From Chlamydiales bacterium (GTDB taxonomy: Bacteria; Chlamydiota; Chlamydiia; Chlamydiales; JAAKFR01), in contig JAJACK010000001.1 in NCBI GenBank assembly GCA_022601535.1, forward strand, positions 569,803-633,802: a stretch of 64,000 nucleotides of DNA, in the 5' to 3' direction. Below, one piece after another: positions 54,257 through 61,354 of the stretch. The first letter of the stretch is position 1, and every line of letters begins with the position of its first letter. A model generated the notes under the pieces. It had not been told where the DNA came from, searched no databases, and saw only the letters and a program-made list of their open reading frames with translations. A program made the position numbers and the translations under genes.

Positions 54257-54594
54257 ATGTGGAAAAACATGTCGAAACCATTCAATAAATTACCCTCATT
54301 ACCTCCAACATGTAACTATGAAAGCCCTGCTGTTTTAAAAAAAGTGATTGAAGCTCAACGAGAGATAGGAGAACTCAAAAGGGTAGGAACAAAATTACCT
54401 AACCAGGCTGTTTTAATTCAAACAATTGGTTTACAAGAAGCTAAACTGTCATCTGAAATTGAAAATGTCGTTACAACAAATGATGCTCTCTACCAAAATT
54501 TGAGCAGCTTGGAATTTTTACATCGGTAAAAAAAGGGAGAGAAATGTATTACATTTTCGATGAGTACCTCTCTCTACTCTCTTTAACTTTTTAA
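54257..54594 (+). pseudogene. Fic-family gene remnant: the Fic_N region joins to a C-terminal tail in another frame, and the catalytic core is missing
   Basis: The 90-aa ORF has Fic_N features (LPSLPP...LQEAKLSSEIENVVTT). The -1 frame from 54526 then reads VKKGREMYYIFDEYLSLLSLTF*, like the extreme C-terminus of full-length Fic proteins. No HPFxxGNG motif appears in any frame. Confidence 0.55.
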
Positions 54595-54636
54595 CGTAAG
54601 TTGTGCATAAATAAATTTTTTGGGTAGAGTGAAGAG

Positions 54637-56013
54637 ATGGCTGCAAAAGAAGGAAAAAAGTGGTTTATCATTTGGGTGACAGTCTGCTCTTCTTTCCTTT
54701 TTGTCATCGATCCCACCATCACTCCTTTGATGATTGCAGAAATGCAAAAAGAATTTCAGATCTCTCAAACAGACTCTATCTGGATTCTTAACGCCTATCT
54801 ACTCACTTTCGCTTCCCTTCTCCTCATCGGTGGACGTTTAATCGAGCTGCTCGGATACCGTCGTTTGTACATCGGAGGATTTCTCCTTTTTGGTGCCGGT
54901 GCAGTTATTGTTGCCTTAAGCCAAACGTTCTCTATTTTAATCGGAGGAAGGATTGTTGAGGGAATTGGAGGAGGGTTGTTGATGCCTTCTTTGGCTGCAA
55001 TGACTGTTGCTTCTTTTCCTAGGGGGATGCGTGGGCGTGCTTTGGCTGCAGAGGCTGCGATCACATCGATTCTTGTTTTATTTGGAATTTTAGGGGGAGG
55101 CTTTGTCATCACTGATTTCTCTTGGCGTTGGATCTTTGTCGGTTATCTCCCCTTTGTTCTAATCGGAATTATCTTATGTTTATGGGTTGTAAAGCCAGGA
55201 GACATAGTGAAAAAAGCATTCCCTTTTTTGGGTTCTTTACTACTTATCATCGGAATGGCTTTAACAACTGGAGCTTTGATGGAAGGTGGACGCTTTGGTT
55301 TTAAGAATATTTGGATATTGATCAGTTTGATCGGTGGTCCCCTCTTTTTGATTCTCCACGTGATCAATGCCTTGAAGTCATCAAACAGTCCTCTTGCTGA
55401 TTTCCGCCTTTTTAAGAGCTCTGTCTTCTCTTGGATCAATGTATTACGTTTTTTAATGTTTTTGATGGTAGGTGCTTCGAACCTATGGGTGGTCTACTTT
55501 GGAAGTAATCTTGGCTACCCCTCTTCAACACTTGGTACGCTCATCTTTATTGCTCAACTTCCTGCTTTTATTGCCGCTTTTGCAGGGGGATTTCTCTCCG
55601 ATCGTCTTTCTTACCGTGTCTCTCTCTCTTTGGGATTTGGGTTGATGATTTTTGCTTTTACTTGGGTTTCTATTTTCTATGGGTCAAAAAATGTGTGGCT
55701 CTTCCTCCCAGGATTAATGGGATATACATCTGCTTTTCCCATCTTGATGTCTCAAACAATGTCACTTGGGCTTTCACATGTTGATTCAGAAAAATTGGGA
55801 ACAACATCAGGGTTGATGGCAACCATTCAACAGTTTGGACAGTCAATTGGTGTTGCATTTCTTCTTGCGATATTTATTGCAGTCGAAAATATTACAGACT
55901 CGGATTTCTCCGGTTTTTTGGGATTAAATCTTGCTGCTCTGTTATTTGGTCTCTTAGGTCTTGGAATTGTCTGGCTCTGTTTTAAGAAAGAACAGCTCTG
56001 TTTAAATCAGTAA
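54637..56013 (+). CDS. MFS transporter (drug:H+ antiporter-like)
   Basis: 458 aa with about 12-14 TM segments and an MFS motif-A-like sequence (GGRLIELLGYRR). Confidence 0.82.
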   Translation: MAAKEGKKWFIIWVTVCSSFLFVIDPTITPLMIAEMQKEFQISQTDSIWILNAYLLTFASLLLIGGRLIELLGYRRLYIGGFLLFGAGAVIVALSQTFSILIGGRIVEGIGGGLLMPSLAAMTVASFPRGMRGRALAAEAAITSILVLFGILGGGFVITDFSWRWIFVGYLPFVLIGIILCLWVVKPGDIVKKAFPFLGSLLLIIGMALTTGALMEGGRFGFKNIWILISLIGGPLFLILHVINALKSSNSPLADFRLFKSSVFSWINVLRFLMFLMVGASNLWVVYFGSNLGYPSSTLGTLIFIAQLPAFIAAFAGGFLSDRLSYRVSLSLGFGLMIFAFTWVSIFYGSKNVWLFLPGLMGYTSAFPILMSQTMSLGLSHVDSEKLGTTSGLMATIQQFGQSIGVAFLLAIFIAVENITDSDFSGFLGLNLAALLFGLLGLGIVWLCFKKEQLCLNQ

Positions 56014-57069
56014 TTTTAGATCACTTGCGATCTTATGGAGATACTCTGCCCGTTTCTTTGGAAGCTCTGGGACATCGACAGCCTCTTCTAATAAGCTCAT
56101 CAAGTGAGCTCGACGGCAATCGAAAAGAATTTGATTTAAATTGAGTGTGTCAGGAGCCTCAATCCAGCCAATCTCAACACCGAGTTTTACAAGAGAAATA
56201 GCATTAAGTGCTTCAATGACTTCAAGCTGGTATGAGTGGGTGAGCAGCCCAAGGGCGCGAGTCACTTTGTTTTTAAACTGTTCATCATTTGACTCGATGA
56301 TTTTTTTTCGAAGGTTTGTCTCACTAACAACAGCTCTTGTTGCCCACATCCGCATTGTTGTTAAAATGTACTCTTCTGTTAAACCGATCGTGCATTTATT
56401 CCGCGTAACGAGGATATCTCCGATCATCTCATTTGCGTTTCCTTGAAGACCAAATGCTTCAACCTCTTCTTCTTTAACTCTTTCAAGCAGATCAGGGAGT
56501 TCTCCTGAATGGATAATAGCGGGAATATGGAGGTATAAAGAGATCACAAGTCCAGTTCCTGCATGAGAGGGATTGGATGTTAAGAAACCCCATCGCGAGT
56601 TGTAGGCAAAGTCGAGCCGTTTCCCGATATATTGTTCAATTTTTGCAAGGCGGTTCCAGCTTTTTTCAATCTCTTGTGTTGTATCGATAAGATGGAGCTT
56701 CAAGTGGTCTTCAACATTGAAAACACCTAAAAAATCCCCCCCTTTATCAACAACGAATCCTTCTCCTCCATGGGCTTGGTGAAAATTTTCAGTCGTGAGG
56801 AATTGTTCGAGGAGAAATTCTTTTTCAAGCGAGCCAATCTCTTCGGGGCGATAAAGAGAGGGGTGATCGAGCTCGGGACATTGTTCAATGCTTTCGTAGA
56901 GGAGTGAAAGGGTTTGACCTTCTTTGGATTTATCAAGCTTATTGGGGAAGATAAATTTTTGGATATTGCGAGCAAGCTTTAAAGAGGAAGCAAGCCAAAC
57001 CGGATGGGAGTGTTTCTCCCAGAGGTCTTGAAGGTGAAAAATGGGATGTAGTTTATTTTTTTCCGTCAT
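56002..57069 (-). CDS. mcsB: ATP:guanido phosphotransferase (protein arginine kinase McsB-like; CT675 position)
   Basis: 355 aa with phosphagen-kinase C-terminal domain motifs (NVEDHLKL, TSNPSHAGTGL, EYILTT). Confidence 0.85.
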   Translation of the reverse strand: MTEKNKLHPIFHLQDLWEKHSHPVWLASSLKLARNIQKFIFPNKLDKSKEGQTLSLLYESIEQCPELDHPSLYRPEEIGSLEKEFLLEQFLTTENFHQAHGGEGFVVDKGGDFLGVFNVEDHLKLHLIDTTQEIEKSWNRLAKIEQYIGKRLDFAYNSRWGFLTSNPSHAGTGLVISLYLHIPAIIHSGELPDLLERVKEEEVEAFGLQGNANEMIGDILVTRNKCTIGLTEEYILTTMRMWATRAVVSETNLRKKIIESNDEQFKNKVTRALGLLTHSYQLEVIEALNAISLVKLGVEIGWIEAPDTLNLNQILFDCRRAHLMSLLEEAVDVPELPKKRAEYLHKIASDLKLLI

Positions 57070-57562
57070 TCTTTTTCAATTTGTCTATTTGATCTCTAAG
57101 AAGGGCTGCTTGCTCATAATCTTCTCGAATCAAGGTTTCATCAAGCGCTTCATTTAAGGCAATGAGGCGGAGGGTGGGGCTGATTTCACACACATCCCCT
57201 GGAACTCTCCCAATATGGAGAGGTTGGGTGCGGGCATTGACTGTCAAATGGCGAGAGATCCGGTGTTCTTTTATCAATCCATCTGTAATCACATCATTGA
57301 AAATATCGTAACATTCAAAACAACCAAGAGGGTGTCCCATTAAAATCGAATCGAGTGTTGTCCCACAATTTCCACATGCAAGTGCCGTTTTCCCACTGAT
57401 TTTCATCCCTTCTGCTTTTTGCGCTGAACCATGGAGTCGTTTTTCTAGATGGGGGCAATCGTTGCACATGATGAGGCGGGTCTCTTTATCTTCCACAATC
57501 TCTGTGAAATGAACAGAGACAGCTTTTTTGCACTCACTGCAGTCGAGGGGTCTTTCAGCCAT
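57053..57562 (-). CDS. mcsA: McsA-like activator: CxxC zinc fingers plus a UVR domain
   Basis: 169 aa with CSEC...CNDC and CGNC...CFEC pairs and a C-terminal UVR motif (REDYEQAALLRDQIDKLKK). It overlaps mcsB by 17 nt. Confidence 0.75.
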   Translation of the reverse strand: MAERPLDCSECKKAVSVHFTEIVEDKETRLIMCNDCPHLEKRLHGSAQKAEGMKISGKTALACGNCGTTLDSILMGHPLGCFECYDIFNDVITDGLIKEHRISRHLTVNARTQPLHIGRVPGDVCEISPTLRLIALNEALDETLIREDYEQAALLRDQIDKLKKNDGKK

Positions 57563-57572
57563 AGCCGCGATC

Positions 57573-58133
57573 TTACGTTTTTAATTGAATAAATGCAAAA
57601 TCATAGAATCGTTTTCCTGCAGTAAAGAGGACTAAAGAGGAAAATATCCACGCAAGAAGGGGAAAAAATGAGGGGAAGAGAATCATCAGAGTGAAAAATA
57701 AAAAGGCTTCTGCCCGTTCGATCAAGCCACCGCTGAGCTCTTCTGTGTATAGTCTGACTACAAGGAAGGAGGTGATGCATAGTAAACAAGAGGCTAGCAT
57801 TAAAAGGGTTTCTAAAGCCCTTGTTGGATCGATGAAAAATAGAGCTAGAATGATTGCAACTTCTACAATGCGATCGGAGACAATATCGGATACAGCTCCT
57901 AGTGGAGATGTTTTCCCGTGAAGTCGGGCAATTGTTCCATCTAGGGTATCTAAATAGCCTGAAAGGAGCAGAAGAGAGATCGAAAAGAGAGGAGAAAAGA
58001 TTGTTAGAGCAGCAAGAAGGCCGAAAAGACAGGAAAACGCAGTCACCCATAGAGGGTGAATGCGTCCTAATCCTTTGGCAAAATGATCAACTAAAAGAAG
58101 CTGATACGGCCGTCTAAAAAACTTTTGAAACAC
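57573..58133 (-). CDS. CDP-alcohol phosphatidyltransferase (PgsA-like)
   Basis: Motif DTLDGTIARLHGKTSPLGAVSDIVSDR. The track ORF (to 58169) runs into tRNA-Lys, so I chose the in-frame GTG at 58133, directly abutting the tRNA 3' end. Confidence 0.72.
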   Translation of the reverse strand: MFQKFFRRPYQLLLVDHFAKGLGRIHPLWVTAFSCLFGLLAALTIFSPLFSISLLLLSGYLDTLDGTIARLHGKTSPLGAVSDIVSDRIVEVAIILALFFIDPTRALETLLMLASCLLCITSFLVVRLYTEELSGGLIERAEAFLFFTLMILFPSFFPLLAWIFSSLVLFTAGKRFYDFAFIQLKT

Positions 58134-58207
58134 TGGGTCTTGTTGGACTCGAACCAACGACCCCCTCATTAAAAGTGAGGTGCTCTAACCAACTGAGCTA
58201 AAGACCC
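58134..58207 (-). tRNA. tRNA-Lys (anticodon UUU)
   Basis: Reverse complement GGGTCTTTAGCTCAGTTGGTTAGAGCACCTCACTTTTAATGAGGGGGTCGTTGGTTCGAGTCCAACAAGACCCA folds as a cloverleaf. Anticodon loop is CTTTTAA. No encoded CCA. Confidence 0.92.
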
Positions 58208-58208
58208 T

Positions 58209-58283
58209 TGACCCCAAGGGGATTCGAACCCCTGTTATTGGAATGAAAATCCAGTGTCCTAGACCTGACTAGACGATGGGGCC
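58209..58283 (-). tRNA. tRNA-Glu (anticodon UUC)
   Basis: Reverse complement GGCCCCATCGTCTAGTCAGGTCTAGGACACTGGATTTTCATTCCAATAACAGGGGTTCGAATCCCCTTGGGGTCA. Anticodon loop is TTTTCAT. There is one C:A mismatch at the top of the anticodon stem. Confidence 0.88.
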
Positions 58284-58327
58284 AGATCAAGTTTAGGTAT
58301 TTTACCTAGGACACTATTTGTTGCCAA

Positions 58328-58879
58328 TCAGATTTTAACAATTTCGTTTTCTTTTTCTTGTACGAGTTTATCGGCAAATTTACAATATTTATCAGTAAAA
58401 TCTTGGATTTTTTTCTCATTTACTTTCATCAGGTCTTCAGGGATCTCTCCTGAAGATTTCTGTTTCTTCACAATCTCATTCCCATCACGTCGTGCATTTC
58501 GAATACTCACTTTCGCATCTTCACACTTCTTTTTTGCCACTTTTACGAGCTCATTTCGCATTGAACTATCCATTTCAGGAACGGTGATACGGATGACATG
58601 GCCATCAACAGCGGGTTGAAAACCTAAATTTGCCAGCTCAATTCCCTTAGAGATCGCATGAACATTATTTCCATCATAGGGGGAAATGAGGAGCTGACGA
58701 GGTTCTGGTACCGAAATCGAGGCGAGGTCGCTAAGGCGCATTTGCGCTCCATAGACATCGACTAAAACTTTCTCTACCATCCCTGGGTTGGCTCGCCCTG
58801 TACGAAGAGCTCGGAGTTCTTCTTTGAGATGCTCAATTGCAGCGCTCATTTTCTTGTCTGTGTCATCTAATATATCCAT
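58328..58879 (-). CDS. frr: Ribosome recycling factor
   Basis: I chose the start at ATG 58879 (MDILDDTDKKMSAAIEHLKEELRALRTGRANPGM), 1 nt after the pyrH stop. The track ORF extends further into pyrH. Confidence 0.92.
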   Translation of the reverse strand: MDILDDTDKKMSAAIEHLKEELRALRTGRANPGMVEKVLVDVYGAQMRLSDLASISVPEPRQLLISPYDGNNVHAISKGIELANLGFQPAVDGHVIRITVPEMDSSMRNELVKVAKKKCEDAKVSIRNARRDGNEIVKKQKSSGEIPEDLMKVNEKKIQDFTDKYCKFADKLVQEKENEIVKI

Positions 58880-58880
58880 T

Positions 58881-59576
58881 TTACTCTCCAATCGAGGTTC
58901 CAAATGCTCCCCCACAAACTTCTGGGAGGGGGGCTGCATTGAAGTTAAAGACTGTCACAGGGATGTGATTTGTCATACAAAGGGTGATTGCTGTTAGGTC
59001 AAGAATAGCAAGTTTTTTTTCAATGTATTCTTGGTAGGTTAAAGATTCATACCGTGTTGCCTCTTTATTTTTTCGAGGATCGCTATCATAAACACCATCG
59101 ACATGCATCGTTCCTTTTAGCAACATGTCTGCTTTTATCTCACTTGCACGTAAGGCAGCGGCTGTATCTGTTGTAAAATAGGGGTGTCCTATTCCTCCAG
59201 CAAAGAGGACAATTCCTCTCTTTAATTTTTCAAGGGCAAGGTCGAGCCTATATCTCTCGGCAATTGCAGGACATTCAAATGAGGAGAGGACAAAAGCAGG
59301 GGAGCCGTGGTGTTCGAGCGCCTTTTGCAGGGCAATCGCATTCATGAGTGTTGCAAGCATCCCCATTTGATCAGCAGAAGAGCGCTCAAGAGCGAGCTGC
59401 TCCCCTTTTTCTAGTCCTCGGAAGAGATTTCCTCCTCCGATGACTAAACCTACTTCAACCCCCTGGTGGTGAAGTTCACAGATCCTTTGAGCTGTAGAAG
59501 ATAGAGCTTCCCCGTCAATCCCATGCGGCTGATCACCTTTGATCGTTTCACCTGAGATTTTTAGGAGGACTCTCAT
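58881..59576 (-). CDS. pyrH: UMP kinase
   Basis: 231 aa: MRVLLKISGE..., GGGNLFRG, amino-acid-kinase fold motifs. ATGA overlap with the tsf stop. Confidence 0.93.
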   Translation of the reverse strand: MRVLLKISGETIKGDQPHGIDGEALSSTAQRICELHHQGVEVGLVIGGGNLFRGLEKGEQLALERSSADQMGMLATLMNAIALQKALEHHGSPAFVLSSFECPAIAERYRLDLALEKLKRGIVLFAGGIGHPYFTTDTAAALRASEIKADMLLKGTMHVDGVYDSDPRKNKEATRYESLTYQEYIEKKLAILDLTAITLCMTNHIPVTVFNFNAAPLPEVCGGAFGTSIGE

Positions 59577-60409
59577 TCACCCACTCTCCATCTTAGGAAT
59601 TGGGTCACATGTGCTCCCTGATCATTTGAAGAGACAAATTTTTCAATTGTCATCTTGGAGTCTTTGATAAAGGGTTGGTAGAGAAGACAAGCTTGTCCAA
59701 AGTACGACTTTAGTTTTCCTTCGACAATTTTATCGATGATATTTTCTGGTTTCCCTTTCACTTGCGCTTTTGCAATCTCTTTTTCGTGTTCAATCACACG
59801 AGGGGGAACTTCTTCCTTTGAGAGATATTCAGGCGATTCAGAGGCGACATGCATCGCAACATCTTTAGCAACATTGCCGAGGGTTCCACTTCCTGCAATT
59901 TCCACCAGAGTGACCAGTTTCCCTCCCCCGTGGGAGTAGACGGCCAAAGAGTGGTCGCTTTTCTTCGGGAAAAGTTCAAAACGTTTGATTTGGATATTTT
60001 CTCCAAGTGATTGAACAAGGAGAGCTCGGCGCTCATCAATTGTATGTTCTTGGTCTTTTTTCGATGTCTGTTTGAGAAATGCTTCAACAGACTCTGGAGC
60101 CGTTGAACAAATCTCCTCGGCGATCTCTTTTGCAAATGTTTGAAACGTCTCATTTTTTGCGACAAAATCGGTTTCAGTGTTGATTTCTACAACAGCGATT
60201 GCACGATCAGATTCAAAAATAGAGATGACCCCATCGTTTGCTTCACGGCTCTCTTTTTTTACAGCAGAAGCAATCCCAGCTTTACGCAAGTTTGCAATTG
60301 CAGCTTCAATATCTCCTTTTGCGCTGACAAGAGCTTCTTTGCACTTTGCCATTCCAACGCCGGTGCGCTCTCTTAGAGATTTGATCATTTTAGCTGTGAT
60401 ATCACCCAT
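59573..60409 (-). CDS. tsf: Elongation factor Ts
   Basis: I chose the start at ATG 60409 (MGDITAKMIKSLRERTGVGMAKCKEAL), which gives the UBA-like N-terminus typical of EF-Ts. The start overlaps the last rpsB codons. Confidence 0.93.
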   Translation of the reverse strand: MGDITAKMIKSLRERTGVGMAKCKEALVSAKGDIEAAIANLRKAGIASAVKKESREANDGVISIFESDRAIAVVEINTETDFVAKNETFQTFAKEIAEEICSTAPESVEAFLKQTSKKDQEHTIDERRALLVQSLGENIQIKRFELFPKKSDHSLAVYSHGGGKLVTLVEIAGSGTLGNVAKDVAMHVASESPEYLSKEEVPPRVIEHEKEIAKAQVKGKPENIIDKIVEGKLKSYFGQACLLYQPFIKDSKMTIEKFVSSNDQGAHVTQFLRWRVGE

Positions 60410-61175
60410 TTTTATCCCCTTTTTCATCTTTGTTAACAGAAAGATCCATCTCATTTTTCTTATCGATGATCGCTTGAGAAAGGGTAGAGATGATCAGCTT
60501 GACACTCTTGAGTGCATCATCATTACAGGGGATAACGTGTGTGACTAAGTCTGGATTACAGTTTGTGTCGACAAGTGCTAAGATCGGAATTCCGAGCTTA
60601 TTTGCTTCGGCAACCGCGATATGTTCTTGACTTGGGTCTACGACAATCACCAAACCAGGAAGCTTTTTCATCCCACGGACTCCACTTAGGTTCCGGTCGA
60701 GTTTTTCTTGCTGCTTTGCAAGCATTGAAAGCTCTTTTTTCTTTAGTCCTTCCCCACCTGAAGTGACTTTCTGCTCGATATTTTCAAGTGTTTTGATCGA
60801 ACGACGAATGGTTGCCATATTGGTGAGCATCCCACCGAGCCATCTCTCACAAACGTAGAACTCTTCAGATGCTTCTGCACACTCTTTGATGACAGATTTT
60901 GCCTGTTTCTTCGTCCCGACAAAGAGGATTGATTTCTTTTGACTGACAATCTCTTTGACAAACGTCACCCCTTTGCGGAGCTGTTCAGCTGTTTTTGCAA
61001 GATCGATGATGTAGAGAGAACCACGACTCTCCAAGATGAAACGTTTCATCTTTGGATTCCACCGCTTTTTTTGATGCCCGAAATGGGCTCCTGCTTCAAG
61101 TAAATCTTTGACAGATACGTCTAGTTGTTGTTCCAAGCCTTGTCCCTTTGGTTTTGACACGGCATCCCCTGTCAT
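60402..61175 (-). CDS. rpsB: 30S ribosomal protein S2
   Basis: VSVKDLLEAGAHFGHQKKRWNPKM and the rest of the S2 core. The start is either ATG 61175 or in-frame TTG 61136 (see findings). Confidence 0.93.
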   Translation of the reverse strand: MTGDAVSKPKGQGLEQQLDVSVKDLLEAGAHFGHQKKRWNPKMKRFILESRGSLYIIDLAKTAEQLRKGVTFVKEIVSQKKSILFVGTKKQAKSVIKECAEASEEFYVCERWLGGMLTNMATIRRSIKTLENIEQKVTSGGEGLKKKELSMLAKQQEKLDRNLSGVRGMKKLPGLVIVVDPSQEHIAVAEANKLGIPILALVDTNCNPDLVTHVIPCNDDALKSVKLIISTLSQAIIDKKNEMDLSVNKDEKGDKNG

Positions 61176-61211
61176 GCAGGGGATTTCGGTCTTGGTTTTT
61201 ATAAAATCTAA

Positions 61212-61282
61212 AGCGCCTGATCAGAATCGAACTGACATAGGTAGCTTGGAAGGCTACTGCTCTACCATTGAGCTACAGGCGC
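61212..61282 (-). tRNA. tRNA-Gly (anticodon UCC)
   Basis: Reverse complement GCGCCTGTAGCTCAATGGTAGAGCAGTAGCCTTCCAAGCTACCTATGTCAGTTCGATTCTGATCAGGCGCT. Anticodon loop is CTTCCAA. Confidence 0.9.
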
Positions 61283-61354
61283 TCACAAATAAGGCGTTTA
61301 TCATAGAAATAAATGCCTTTAAATGCAAAGGGAAAGTTGTATATTGTTGAACGC

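Noticed and set aside
57601-58050. 149-aa minus-strand ORF in an alternative frame
   Set aside because: It overlaps the CDP-alcohol phosphatidyltransferase frame, which contains the DG..AR...G...D...D signature. The alternative product is Ser/Cys/Arg-rich low complexity.
58134-58169. N-terminal 12 codons of the track ORF 57573-58169 (MRGSLVRVQQDP)
   Set aside because: These codons are the reverse-strand sequence of tRNA-Lys. The CDS start was moved to the in-frame GTG at 58133.
58134-58283. tRNA pair as a possible integration site for a mobile element
   Set aside because: No integrase, transposase, direct repeat of the tRNA 3' end, or compositional break is visible on either side. The flanking genes are conserved housekeeping genes.
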